52,505 bases of DNA. Source: a virus. Its lineage: Duplodnaviria; Caudoviricetes. Below the pieces are notes generated by a model. The model searched no databases, was not told the origin of the DNA, and saw only the letters and a program-made list of their open reading frames with translations. Shown piece by piece: positions 20,094 to 29,692 of the stretch. The stretch lies in IMG/VR virus record IMGVR_UViG_3300046786_000203, positions 1 through 52,505 of that record; one strand, written 5' to 3'. Within the stretch, counting starts at the first letter, position 1. Each line of letters opens with the position of its first letter. The position numbers were made by a program, and so were the translations under genes.

Positions 20094-20552
20094 TCAACCG
20101 AATTCGACCAAAGTGACAGTGCCACCTTGATTCGAAACTTCTCTGGCAAAGGTTTCCAACATTGCCATAATCGTAATTTTGTCTCCACCGGCGAGTCCCA
20201 TTCCTATATAAGGAAAGCCAAATCGCTTAGTGCCATACGTGTGTGCGAGTTTTTGTAGAATCAATTCAAATGCCACATACTCAAATACATCAGTACCTTT
20301 ACTCATGTCATACTGTGTGTAGGCATTTATAATAAGAAACATTCCCTGGTCATACTCTGTCCAGTTGCCTAGTTTCATATACTCACCTGCTTGGGTAAGG
20401 CTATCAATTTCAGCACACAATGGGTAGCGTTCACGAATCTCACGAGCAATACCACCGCCCATCGTGTTAAAGCAATTACAGCCTTGAACGATAACATCAA
20501 AGTCACCATTCTCTGCCATGTCAATCAAGTTACCTTTAATATGGTTCAACAT
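20094..20552 (-). CDS. Macro-domain (ADP-ribose processing) protein
   Basis: IVQGCNCFNTMGGGIA and FPYIGMGLAGG motifs. Confidence 0.88.
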   Translation of the reverse strand: MLNHIKGNLIDMAENGDFDVIVQGCNCFNTMGGGIAREIRERYPLCAEIDSLTQAGEYMKLGNWTEYDQGMFLIINAYTQYDMSKGTDVFEYVAFELILQKLAHTYGTKRFGFPYIGMGLAGGDKITIMAMLETFAREVSNQGGTVTLVEFG

Positions 20553-20553
20553 G

Positions 20554-21576
20554 TTAAGCTCCTAAAAAGTGTTGCAAAATTTCATAGTGGTCTTCAAAGC
20601 ATTCCTCTGACTTGACCTCTGCGATAGGGACCCAACGTGCTTTTTCAGCATCATCACTGCCCTTTACCTTAGGCAGATCGCCATCAGGTAACTCAATGTG
20701 AAATGCATGTGTAATGATACGACCACGAGGACTACGGTCAATTGCATCAAAGACCTTGCTACGTTTGATACTACCACGCAACACGGGTGCGGGTACTTTA
20801 ATCATTGTTTCTTCACGCAATTCTCGGATAGCCGCATCCTCTACACTCTTGTCAGTATTGGCATTAACATAACCACCGGGTAGTGCCCACAGACCTTTAC
20901 CGGGTTCGCTACGGCGTTTAATCATCAACACATGACCCGACTGAATCACAACAGAATCAGCAGTACTAAAGATAGGAGGATAAGGAAGTGAAGCATATTG
21001 TTTTTTGTAGTTAGCCACAAACTCACGTTCGCGGATTATTTGTTCATATTCAGGTGTATCTTTAAACTGCATCAAGAAGTCAAAGGTAGTTTCTGGAACC
21101 ACACCTTGAATGAATTTCATGTTTACGTCACGTTTGAAATACAAGTCACGGATATTGACTGCACTCAAGAATTCAATCAGTTCAACATCCTCGTATCCCC
21201 ATTGAGGGAACATATCGAGGTAGAAACTAGAATCGTCTTTCTTGTGACCAATGATGCCTACCCCAGCACCACCGAGAACACGGTACTTACTAACGATGCC
21301 TTGAACACGCACTGCCCAAGCTTGGTCGTTGTAAATAGTATCAATGTTTTCTTCAACATGAACCTGCATACTAAGACCAGCAGTTGCAGCCTTAATCATG
21401 TTACGGCGTTCTTGACTAGTAAACGGGTTTTTATAAGTGCGAGGTTGTTTACCTGAACCTGTGATGATGACCAATTGGTCAGTCAATGCTGTGGCACGTT
21501 TGATAATCTCAAGGTGAGCATTGTGTAAGGGTTGAAAGCGTCCAATGAGGACTAGGGTATCATACTTTTTTGACAT
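20554..21576 (-). CDS. nadM: Bifunctional NMN adenylyltransferase / Nudix ADP-ribose pyrophosphatase (NadM-Nudix)
   Basis: GRFQPLHNAH nucleotidyltransferase motif; Nudix box LPGG...AAIRELREET. Confidence 0.93.
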   Translation of the reverse strand: MSKKYDTLVLIGRFQPLHNAHLEIIKRATALTDQLVIITGSGKQPRTYKNPFTSQERRNMIKAATAGLSMQVHVEENIDTIYNDQAWAVRVQGIVSKYRVLGGAGVGIIGHKKDDSSFYLDMFPQWGYEDVELIEFLSAVNIRDLYFKRDVNMKFIQGVVPETTFDFLMQFKDTPEYEQIIREREFVANYKKQYASLPYPPIFSTADSVVIQSGHVLMIKRRSEPGKGLWALPGGYVNANTDKSVEDAAIRELREETMIKVPAPVLRGSIKRSKVFDAIDRSPRGRIITHAFHIELPDGDLPKVKGSDDAEKARWVPIAEVKSEECFEDHYEILQHFLGA

Positions 21577-21647
21577 TGAAAAATCCTTTCAATAATGTCA
21601 GCGCGGAGTCTATCTCGTTGCTTGTATCTTTATTTATCTATAGTATA

Positions 21648-21839
21648 TCAAACTTTACTTTTTCTGTCAACCTTTAATCGCCAGAAAAGTCTCCAAAGTC
21701 TTGATTGTTTTGTCCGATGTAGGCTTTGTGTGCCTGTCATAAACCTGTTACCGATCAACTTACCGAAGGGCTTTGCTTTGGGCTGACCCTTCAGTAGTTT
21801 CTCGGATATGCGTTCGTATGTAGTCATTTTGAAATACAT
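21648..21839 (-). CDS. Small basic hypothetical protein
   Basis: 63 aa ORF in operon orientation. Confidence 0.45.
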   Translation of the reverse strand: MYFKMTTYERISEKLLKGQPKAKPFGKLIGNRFMTGTQSLHRTKQSRLWRLFWRLKVDRKSKV

Positions 21840-21842
21840 AAT

Positions 21843-22286
21843 TTAAGCTAATCTTGCTTTGAGTTCCATGTAGAAAACTTGGTACTTAGCAATACGAGCA
21901 ATGTCTTTTTCAGTCACACCCTTCAATCGACGGATATCAGTGTTGTGACGTAGATCAGCCATCTTTACTCGCATAGCATCCTCATTAGCAAAAACACCTT
22001 CTTTGTATTCTTCGTAAGTCTGACCAGGTTGCTTAGTCAAAGCACGAATACCAGTAATAACCCTTTCACTGATACCAGCATCACGAAGGTCCTTATATGT
22101 AACACTTGTGTCTTCAATTACATCATGACCAAGAGCCATACACATCAGTTCCTCGTCATCACTTTTCAGGTAATGCATAACCTTGAGCGGGTGCAGAATG
22201 TAGGGGTTACCACCCTTGTCAAATTGACCATGATGCCCATTGACTGCAATGTGTAGCATTTTGTCTAACATTTCGCCTTTTCGCAT
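21843..22286 (-). CDS. HD-domain hydrolase (SpoT/Mesh1-like small alarmone hydrolase family)
   Basis: HHGQFDKGGNPYILHP, GHDVIEDT and VKMADLRHN motifs. Confidence 0.85.
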   Translation of the reverse strand: MRKGEMLDKMLHIAVNGHHGQFDKGGNPYILHPLKVMHYLKSDDEELMCMALGHDVIEDTSVTYKDLRDAGISERVITGIRALTKQPGQTYEEYKEGVFANEDAMRVKMADLRHNTDIRRLKGVTEKDIARIAKYQVFYMELKARLA

Positions 22287-22388
22287 TTTTAGTCCTTTCT
22301 TCTATCTTGCTTACAGTATATCACGTTGACCATTTATTGTCAACTTTTTAACCAAAAAAAAGAGTACTTTCGTACTCTTTTTAAACTC

Positions 22389-23405
22389 TTATCGAGTTGG
22401 GAAGGGCCAAGGTCCTTTGAGTGTACCCACTGATTCGTGTTCGTACACCGTCTTCGCTACAAATTTATAGCGAGGACTGTCACCCCAGTCTGCATCAGTC
22501 GCACCCTTGTCATAACCTTCGTCATAATCCTTTCGGGCTTTGAAACCAACAGGATCAGTGTAGTCACGACCTTCGTAGCCATCAGTATAACCACGATAGA
22601 AATCAGTAGAACCAGTCTTAGGCTCACGTACAACAGGCTTAGCAATGTTGTTGCTTGCGTTAGATTGCACAGGCTTGTTGAAAGCATTGTCAATCTTGTC
22701 ACCTTCATTACTGATTTCACCAATAACTTCATAGCGACATGCACGACCTTTAGCGTTGTTGTAGTCGCTAGGGATAGAGACTACATCAGCGGGATTGATC
22801 TTAACAATCACGATACGGCTATCGTATCCATTGCCAAAGTGTGGCAGATAGTCTTGACTACAGAAGTGCAAACCGGTTGAACAAGTTTGATCCTTGTTGT
22901 CATCAACTTCGTTGCGTTCCATTTCAACAACTTTACCAACACTGTTATCCATAGTGCCACTGTGGATGTCCAAGTAGTCATTACGAACTTTCTTGTAAGC
23001 CAAGAAGCAACCATCAGGAGTGATTGGCAAACTGTTCTTTTCCAAGAAACCATACAGTTCATCAACTGCACGTTTGCTTGGGTTAGTCATCAAGTTCTCC
23101 ATGAAGTTAACCAGAGGCTCGATTGGAAACTCATCTTGCAACATAGCAATCATACGAGTAGCCAGACCATTGTTCATAGGCTTGCCCTTCCAGTAGAGTT
23201 GCTCACCTTGGACACTCACGTTGCCCTTGCCGTAATTCAATACGACCTTCTTGGGTTCGACCAAGTCAGCAACCTTTGTCCAATCTCCCGCCTTGATAGC
23301 GTCAACCACTTTAGTGTAAGTGATATGAGATTTAGCAATAGTGTGCGGCTTGTTACCAATCACAACAGTAATGTTATTACCTTGAATAATATATGGGTAT
23401 GACAT
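22389..23405 (-). CDS. rIIB: rIIB-like protein
   Basis: ITPDGCFLAYKKV, CSTGLHFCS and VKINPADVVSIPSDY..KGRACRYEV motifs; follows an rIIA-like gene. Confidence 0.85.
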   Translation of the reverse strand: MSYPYIIQGNNITVVIGNKPHTIAKSHITYTKVVDAIKAGDWTKVADLVEPKKVVLNYGKGNVSVQGEQLYWKGKPMNNGLATRMIAMLQDEFPIEPLVNFMENLMTNPSKRAVDELYGFLEKNSLPITPDGCFLAYKKVRNDYLDIHSGTMDNSVGKVVEMERNEVDDNKDQTCSTGLHFCSQDYLPHFGNGYDSRIVIVKINPADVVSIPSDYNNAKGRACRYEVIGEISNEGDKIDNAFNKPVQSNASNNIAKPVVREPKTGSTDFYRGYTDGYEGRDYTDPVGFKARKDYDEGYDKGATDADWGDSPRYKFVAKTVYEHESVGTLKGPWPFPTR

Positions 23406-23406
23406 T

Positions 23407-23544
23407 TTACTTTCCTTCAACTTTCATTTTTTTACGTGCTTCTTCAAAATCTTTTGCAGTGTCAGCCTTAGCCTTCTCTACAAGCTTATCAATATACTTA
23501 GCGAGTCGTTTCTGAGCCGCTTTTGCTTCTTTTTCAATGTCCAT
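23407..23544 (-). CDS. Small charged hypothetical protein between rIIA and rIIB
   Basis: MDIEKEAKAAQKRLAKYIDKLVEK...; tight coupling to both neighbours. Confidence 0.55.
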   Translation of the reverse strand: MDIEKEAKAAQKRLAKYIDKLVEKAKADTAKDFEEARKKMKVEGK

Positions 23545-25704
23545 TTAGATTCCTTTAGTCTGGTCAATCAAATTAATATACTCTGCCAAGTCAGCACCTT
23601 CAGTGCCGTATTTGCTAAGATTCTTAATAAGCGGGTAACGCTTTACAATAGTCTCAACTTCTTTGTTGTACTTATCAATCAAACTTGCAGGGTCAACGTT
23701 AGTTGAAGTAGCAACTTTATACTGTCGGCACAACCATTCCAAACTCTGACGTACTTTCTGGTCAGATTCTTTCACATCCTTGAATGTGTTGAACAATACC
23801 ATGTAAGGACTAGATTTATTTGCAATGTACTTAGTAGCATTATACTGGTAAAGTTCTTTCCAGTCAATACTTTGTTTGACCAAACCCATCACATCACTTT
23901 GACCCAACTTAGCAAGCTTACCCTTAACATGTTCGTCAAGGTTAACCCAGTTCTTTTGTGTCTTAACCCATTCAATATCAGTTTTACGAACACCGTAAAT
24001 GTCTTGAGTGTAGATACCTGCTTTACGCAAGTGAATCTCCAATTGTTTAATATCTTCAACAATACCGAGATTCTTGTAACCACTCAGAGGCAAGTAATAG
24101 TGAATATCTGTAGCATCAAAGCTTGACGCCTTACCAGCGTCACGCCATACCATTTCAGCACGATCACGCCAACCATTTCTACGACCTTCTTCCAATCGCA
24201 TGATAGTGACGTTAGCACCCATGCTACCTGCACGTTCTTTTTCAAGCAAAGAACTAGCCTTCAGAATCTTAGCTTCAGGAGGGCTAGACAATGCTTTGAA
24301 GAATGCACTAGTCAACACTGGCTTAGATTTGTCAACTGCCTCAATCACATACACATTGGAAGTGTATTGTTTTGTGTCGGTTGAATTCTTCCAGTGAAAC
24401 TTAGCACGTTCGGTAGCACCAACTTTGGTATCGTTGATAACAAAGTATACATCATCGCTTACACGAATTTCCCAGTCATCATGATAAACAGTAGTACCGT
24501 TAACATTATCGTAAGCATGAGTTGGCTTGAGTGTAGAACACGCATTGTAACAACGGCTCTTAGTAAAGCCACGAATCACCATGTTATAATCTTTAGCCAA
24601 ATCCTTGACTTCAAACTTGAATTGCTTCATTGCATTCCAACGATTGTGTTGAGGAGTGAACAACTCGAACTTAGTGTCAGTCACATACTTAATCACAGCC
24701 TGATTGAACAGATGGTCACTGAAACGCTTTTCCAAGTAACTAGCACGTTCCCACAAGTTGGTAATCTTGTCAGCTTCGGTAGCAATATGAATTGCCAACT
24801 GTGCATTCAATGCTACCAATTTGTTTTTGATAGCTTCGATAGTTTGTGGAATGTATGACAGACCTTCACGGCTTGCTTGGAAGTCAAGCTCACCAATATT
24901 AAATTCCATCACCAAGCCACAATTCAGTAGACCTTGCAAACCACCAAGTACCTTGTCAGCACTAGGAATGTCAGTCAATGGATACTTGATGTTACCCATG
25001 ATAGCATAACTACGATTATTGTCGTTGGAGTAGTGAACACCAGGGATGATGTTTTCTTCTTTGTACTCAGGGTCCTTGAATTTAAAGTCGGCGTTGCCAC
25101 TAACTACTGGACGCAGTTTGAAGTACTCATAGACATACTTAGCCTCTTGACGGAACTTGTCAAAGTCATACCGATCTTCTACTGCAAAGCGAACCTCGAC
25201 ACCTGACGGGTCTGTAGTTTCTTCTTCCATCATCAATGCGATAGATGGCACACCTTGTTCGTTAATGAAGGCTGTGTAAATACCTTTACGACCGTCTTTA
25301 ATCGCTGTAACGGTGAAGTTGTCAGTGTACGAGAATGGAGATTTGGATCCCAGACCAAGCGCACCGATGAATTCGTTACTCGCTGTTTTAGTACTTTCAA
25401 AGTAAGTGGTGTAGATGTTTGTGACTTGTGCATGTGTCAGACCTGTACCATAGTCACGGATAGAAAAATGAGGTTCGAGACTGTTGGGCAAATGAACGTC
25501 AAAGGGTGTATCTTGCTTGCCTGCGGCAGTGTGACTGTCAACGGCGTTACAAGAAAGTTCACGGACGATTGCGCGGATCTTGTTAGCATACAGACCGCTG
25601 GACAGAATGTTGAAAGCCTTAGCACTATTGCGAATGCGGAATTCGCCGATCTCACCTACGTTGGAGACGATTGCTTCGTTTTGGACTGCGCTGTGAAGTT
25701 TCAT
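23545..25704 (-). CDS. rIIA: rIIA-like protein with N-terminal GHKL (HSP90-like) ATPase
   Basis: AIVRELSCNAVDSH, IRDYGTGL and GALGLGSKSPFSY motifs; ELDFQASREGLSY. Confidence 0.88.
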   Translation of the reverse strand: MKLHSAVQNEAIVSNVGEIGEFRIRNSAKAFNILSSGLYANKIRAIVRELSCNAVDSHTAAGKQDTPFDVHLPNSLEPHFSIRDYGTGLTHAQVTNIYTTYFESTKTASNEFIGALGLGSKSPFSYTDNFTVTAIKDGRKGIYTAFINEQGVPSIALMMEEETTDPSGVEVRFAVEDRYDFDKFRQEAKYVYEYFKLRPVVSGNADFKFKDPEYKEENIIPGVHYSNDNNRSYAIMGNIKYPLTDIPSADKVLGGLQGLLNCGLVMEFNIGELDFQASREGLSYIPQTIEAIKNKLVALNAQLAIHIATEADKITNLWERASYLEKRFSDHLFNQAVIKYVTDTKFELFTPQHNRWNAMKQFKFEVKDLAKDYNMVIRGFTKSRCYNACSTLKPTHAYDNVNGTTVYHDDWEIRVSDDVYFVINDTKVGATERAKFHWKNSTDTKQYTSNVYVIEAVDKSKPVLTSAFFKALSSPPEAKILKASSLLEKERAGSMGANVTIMRLEEGRRNGWRDRAEMVWRDAGKASSFDATDIHYYLPLSGYKNLGIVEDIKQLEIHLRKAGIYTQDIYGVRKTDIEWVKTQKNWVNLDEHVKGKLAKLGQSDVMGLVKQSIDWKELYQYNATKYIANKSSPYMVLFNTFKDVKESDQKVRQSLEWLCRQYKVATSTNVDPASLIDKYNKEVETIVKRYPLIKNLSKYGTEGADLAEYINLIDQTKGI

Positions 25705-25761
25705 GTGTGTTCCTGTGTTTCAGTGTCAATACAAGTATTGTAATTGATTTTGGATTTATTG

Positions 25762-25986
25762 TCAATCCTTTTTGTTCAGTTTATCCAACGATTCCTGATA
25801 CTCAAGGCGAGACAAAATCAGACTGTAGCACACGTACAACAGTCCACCAATGCAACCAAATTGAATTGCATTGATGATTGTTTCCCGAGGAACAAAAGTA
25901 GTAATAAAGTGTACAAGTTCTGCACCTGCAATACCTGCGGCAACGAGACCAACCAATTGAAGAAGGGCTTTAATTTTAAGCGACAT
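25762..25986 (-). CDS. Small membrane protein
   Basis: Two hydrophobic helices; AAGGA RBS. Confidence 0.6.
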   Translation of the reverse strand: MSLKIKALLQLVGLVAAGIAGAELVHFITTFVPRETIINAIQFGCIGGLLYVCYSLILSRLEYQESLDKLNKKD

Positions 25987-26116
25987 TTTGAGTTTCCTTT
26001 GTAAGAATAGAGTCGGTGAACAGAGTGCCACCGTATGCTTGTTGAAACGTTTCAGCTACAGCCTTAACGTAGAAAGTGAATACTTTACCGTTACCTGTAA
26101 TCAACGTGAATTTCAT
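25976..26116 (-). CDS. Small hypothetical protein (46 aa)
   Basis: MKFTLITGNGKVFTFYVKAVAETFQ...; own promoter. Confidence 0.5.
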   Translation of the reverse strand: MKFTLITGNGKVFTFYVKAVAETFQQAYGGTLFTDSILTKETQNVA

Positions 26117-26172
26117 ACTTCCAATTCCTTATCGTTTCAATACATGTATTGTATCAGGAAATGGATTTATTG

Positions 26173-26424
26173 TCAACTGTTTTTTAGCAGGTGCATCGTC
26201 AAGTCTGGACCGCCAATTAGTACACATTGATTTGTATACTTTAGATAACCCGTGTCATCTCGGTATTTTGATAGCATGTCAATCACACGGACCTGCTTGG
26301 GTGTGATTTTGATAACCTTACCAACGTAAAGGCTATTATGATGGGTGTATGCGACGGCATCACCCTCTTTGACCTCACGACCTAGCAAGTCTCGGTGATC
26401 TTCAGGTAGAGCTTTAGTACTCAT
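26173..26424 (-). CDS. Hypothetical protein (KOW/SH3-like)
   Basis: DLLGREVKEGDAVAY...GKVIKITPKQVRV. Confidence 0.65.
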   Translation of the reverse strand: MSTKALPEDHRDLLGREVKEGDAVAYTHHNSLYVGKVIKITPKQVRVIDMLSKYRDDTGYLKYTNQCVLIGGPDLTMHLLKNS

Positions 26425-26572
26425 TTTTATTACGATGCTTTTGTTTACGAACGTACTCACCTTTTTTGGATTGTACAACCTTAGGTTTAAACGGAGTGTT
26501 GTCGTCAAACAACACACGATGGGCACGATGTTTCATCGGCTCAAGTTTAAAAGATAGTATTTCTCGTTTCAT
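26414..26572 (-). CDS. arfA: ArfA-like alternative ribosome rescue factor (putative)
   Basis: LFDDNTPFKPKVVQSKKGEYVRKQKH resembles the ArfA core L..PLFR.RV...KKGKGSY.RK.KH. Confidence 0.6.
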   Translation of the reverse strand: MKREILSFKLEPMKHRAHRVLFDDNTPFKPKVVQSKKGEYVRKQKHRNKNEY

Positions 26573-26594
26573 AACCCATAGTATAGCATGAGTC

Positions 26595-26918
26595 TTATTT
26601 ATTGTCAACCAATGACAATTCAATACGTTTGATGTTTTTGATAGTAAAACTACGCCACTCTTGTTTCTCTACATCGAACACACGCAATGCCTTTGTGCTG
26701 TCAGATTGTTTGCGTGGCTTTGCATCTTCTTTTACTACAACAGGTGGCAACTTGGTTGCTTCTAATGTACATTGCATCACACGCTCAGTGCCATCTACTT
26801 TAGTGAAAGTAATTTTTGCCTCAGTGACTGATAGAATGTCCTTAAGCCACTTATGCAACATAGGCTCAACCTTGTCATCAATCTCAAGTAAGTTGTTAGA
26901 ATCTGTCCAATTAATCAT
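26595..26918 (-). CDS. WYL_2/Sm-like domain protein
   Basis: ITFTKVDGTERVMQCTL...VFDVEKQEWRSF. Confidence 0.75.
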   Translation of the reverse strand: MINWTDSNNLLEIDDKVEPMLHKWLKDILSVTEAKITFTKVDGTERVMQCTLEATKLPPVVVKEDAKPRKQSDSTKALRVFDVEKQEWRSFTIKNIKRIELSLVDNK

Positions 26919-27238
26919 ACTACCCCCAATACAGTTTTTGCTCGTTTAACTAAGTCTGGTTCATCATTAAATTCATACCCTTCTTCAATAAGTCTCAATG
27001 TATAATACTTGTTGAAGAACAATCCAAATAGCAATGCGGTGAGAATCCATAATGGCAATGTCAACAAGTGAATCACCAAGCATACTAATGATATCAGAAA
27101 CTCACCCCTTACTAAGGGTACGATCCATCCTAGATTAAAAATTCCTAAAAAGAAATATGAATAGCTGAAACCGACGTAGCCAGTTTTCGTAATCCCTGTC
27201 TTTCTATTAATCATCATTACTGATGTGGCCATATGCAT
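26915..27238 (-). CDS. Membrane protein
   Basis: GFSYSYFF, hydrophobic segments, NKYYTLRLIEEGY. Confidence 0.65.
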   Translation of the reverse strand: MHMATSVMMINRKTGITKTGYVGFSYSYFFLGIFNLGWIVPLVRGEFLISLVCLVIHLLTLPLWILTALLFGLFFNKYYTLRLIEEGYEFNDEPDLVKRAKTVLGVV

Positions 27239-27674
27239 CCTTTTGATCTGTTAGTGTTGTAAAAAAGTTTTTAATCTTAGTTTCGTTGTCCCAAGATTTA
27301 ATATAGTCGTTGTCTCGGTCACACATAGTTAGTGCTTCTTCCTTAGAAACAACACGATGTGAAACGATTGTCTCGCCTAAATATTCTTGACTAAATTCTT
27401 TAGCTTCATTCATGGTTACGGTGTCAAGTGCGTACTCAGCCTTGCCCTTAGGAACTTCTACCATATACCGTTCTCTAAAAGTAGAGATGCATTCAACCAT
27501 CACCCACTCAGTTTCTTTTTTAGTGAGTTGGAATGAACCATTACCCATGTCTTTCCATAGCAATGTGTCGCCGATTTCAAAACCAGATTCATCAAGAACC
27601 TCTTGTGGTAGTTCAATAAATAAATCACCGTCGGGTGCTTCTTGAACATCAATGATGTAGTGTTTATTGGACAT
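27207..27674 (-). CDS. AbrB-like N-terminal domain fused to a hypothetical domain
   Basis: GDLFIELPQEVLDESGFEIGDTLLW resembles 3302..3490. Confidence 0.65.
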   Translation of the reverse strand: MSNKHYIIDVQEAPDGDLFIELPQEVLDESGFEIGDTLLWKDMGNGSFQLTKKETEWVMVECISTFRERYMVEVPKGKAEYALDTVTMNEAKEFSQEYLGETIVSHRVVSKEEALTMCDRDNDYIKSWDNETKIKNFFTTLTDQKDAYGHISNDD

Positions 27675-27682
27675 AGTTTTCC

Positions 27683-27982
27683 TTAGTTAAGTGTCATACG
27701 AATCAGTGCAATACTGTCTATTGTAACAAGTAATAGATAGTTTGCAAGCATTCCGGAACTCTTGCGAGTCCAAGCCGCCCATGCAAAGATAGCACATTGA
27801 GTAATAAAAAGCGGGTATAAGATTAAGAAAGGCGGAGTAGGAACAGTTAGCATCATTGTTACTGAGCAGGTTATACTCAGTATCCATGCTAATACTTCTA
27901 AAAAACAACGGAGAGGATTAGATTTCCAATCCTCTCTGATCCACGTGAGTGTGTTAAAAACGATTTCGTTCATTGAGTGCAA
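27683..27982 (-). CDS. Membrane protein
   Basis: Three hydrophobic segments. Confidence 0.65.
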   Translation of the reverse strand: MHSMNEIVFNTLTWIREDWKSNPLRCFLEVLAWILSITCSVTMMLTVPTPPFLILYPLFITQCAIFAWAAWTRKSSGMLANYLLLVTIDSIALIRMTLN

Positions 27983-28275
27983 GTTCGTTCACGATACACT
28001 GTACCATCTTGTGATTGAACCTCTTTCCAAGGGCCACAGTTAGGCTGTGATTGATAGACCACAGGTGGTTGTTGTACAATAACAGGCTGTTGTTGCACAA
28101 CTACCGGGCGATTGTAAATGTCATATACTACTGCACCTAGAATTGCACCACCGACGACTGGTCCCCAACCCCAACCATGACCATGTCCACCATGACGATG
28201 TCCATAGTGACCGTGATGCTGTGCGAATGCAGGTACTGATGCTAATAGTGCGAGTGCTAAAATAACTTTTTTCAT
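27970..28275 (-). CDS. Secreted His/Gly-rich protein
   Basis: Signal peptide MKKVILALALLASVPAFA; AGGAG RBS. Confidence 0.7.
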   Translation of the reverse strand: MKKVILALALLASVPAFAQHHGHYGHRHGGHGHGWGWGPVVGGAILGAVVYDIYNRPVVVQQQPVIVQQPPVVYQSQPNCGPWKEVQSQDGTVYRERTCTQ

Positions 28276-28294
28276 GTTAATCTCCTATATATAA

Positions 28295-28810
28295 TTAACG
28301 TTTCAAGTCATCATTCCGATGACGCAAAATCATTTCTTCCAAAATAATTTCCACCATCTTATTTAGCGTAACATCACGATCATGAGCCATAGCCATAAGC
28401 TTATACAATTCATCCTTGTCTAATGTCAGAGGAATTTGTACTCTTTCGTCAAACTCTTCACCATTGAAAATAGCAGTTGCCTTTTCTAGAAAATCTTCTT
28501 CTGTTTCTAGATCAACCCACTTAACATCATCCCATGCTTGATCGGGATCAGATTCCCGTTCTTTTGCCTCATTGTACAACTCAGCTTTGTACTTTGGATT
28601 TAACCAACGATACGGCTTTTTGCTTTCATCATTGTCACAAATTTCTGCTTGAAAGATTTCCTGTGTTTCAGTGCTATAGATTATACTGGCGCTACTATGT
28701 TCACTTCCATAGTCTAGGAATCGTGCGTTAGGTCCATAACAGCGCCACCCGTACTCACTGCCACTAGTGATTTTGTGACTGAATGCTTCATTTACTTCGC
28801 TTAGGTGCAT
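28295..28810 (-). CDS. Hypothetical protein
   Basis: AAGGA RBS before MHLSEVNE. Confidence 0.7.
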   Translation of the reverse strand: MHLSEVNEAFSHKITSGSEYGWRCYGPNARFLDYGSEHSSASIIYSTETQEIFQAEICDNDESKKPYRWLNPKYKAELYNEAKERESDPDQAWDDVKWVDLETEEDFLEKATAIFNGEEFDERVQIPLTLDKDELYKLMAMAHDRDVTLNKMVEIILEEMILRHRNDDLKR

Positions 28811-29006
28811 TTTCAATTCCTTTATAGTGTTCAATGATCGGTTCGATATCGTTATTATATATCTGTTCCATTGTTTTGTAAAGCATTTCGGCATCCTCTT
28901 TTGTCATACCTGCTGTCCAAGATGGATCAGATTTTTCTTTTCGCAAACCATAATCGTGTCTGTATGATAGACACATGCTGTTAATAATTTCTTCTTTTGA
29001 TTTCAT
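28788..29006 (-). CDS. Hypothetical protein
   Basis: ATGA coupling; MCLSYRHDYGL. Confidence 0.6.
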   Translation of the reverse strand: MKSKEEIINSMCLSYRHDYGLRKEKSDPSWTAGMTKEDAEMLYKTMEQIYNNDIEPIIEHYKGIENAPKRSK

Positions 29007-29230
29007 AACCATTTCAATGCGAACATTACCGCATCCTTTTCTGTAGTAAACTTGAACATTGCATGATCCCAACTTGCATCTACATTGTACCCTTTTGTAT
29101 TTTTATTACACCATTTACGGGCTTTGTCTACGTTATTGTCATGCTCAAAATAGGCCCAGCCAACTTGAGCTTCTAATTTAATAGCATGTGGAAATTCTCG
29201 TTTAGCTTTGCGTCTTTGTGCAGAGTTCAT
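29003..29230 (-). CDS. Hypothetical protein
   Basis: C-terminal F..EKDAVMFALKW; coupled to neighbours. Confidence 0.65.
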   Translation of the reverse strand: MNSAQRRKAKREFPHAIKLEAQVGWAYFEHDNNVDKARKWCNKNTKGYNVDASWDHAMFKFTTEKDAVMFALKWL

Positions 29231-29562
29231 AGCTTAAGGGTAGCCCACAGTGCTGTCTTCTCTAAGTCTTGCTGGAACTCGGGATAGACTTCATTCAGTT
29301 CATCTATACCAACCGAATCATATCCGTTTTTTTGTTTCTTTAGAAACATCTCCGTAGCATCCCAGTCTTGTCCATTCCACAATTTAGTCTGCAACTTTGT
29401 ACCACGACGGCCCCAGAATGTTAGGTAATCATTACGTTCAGGTCTATAATTTGGAAAGGGATGAAAAGTGTCATGTGATGCCGGGTGATGGGCTATGCAA
29501 ATGATGCCCCACACTTTATCATGCTTTCCTTCTCGGCACCAACCAATGTGTTTGTATTCCAT
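29227..29562 (-). CDS. Hypothetical protein, WGR-like
   Basis: HDKVWG...FWGRRG...KQKNGY. Confidence 0.6.
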   Translation of the reverse strand: MEYKHIGWCREGKHDKVWGIICIAHHPASHDTFHPFPNYRPERNDYLTFWGRRGTKLQTKLWNGQDWDATEMFLKKQKNGYDSVGIDELNEVYPEFQQDLEKTALWATLKL

Positions 29563-29692
29563 TTTAGAAACCGTCTTTAATCAGAATTGCAAGACCCATG
29601 ACAATCACGGGCAACATAACGATAATCAAATTTGTAATTGCAGTCATAATATTCCTTTAGATGATGTATTGTATTGCCAAATATATTTACAG

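Noticed and set aside
17590-25743. Many plus-strand ORFs antisense to the AAA ATPase, NAMPT, NadM and rIIA/rIIB genes
   Set aside because: They are shadow frames of well-supported minus-strand genes, with no RBS or recognisable motifs.
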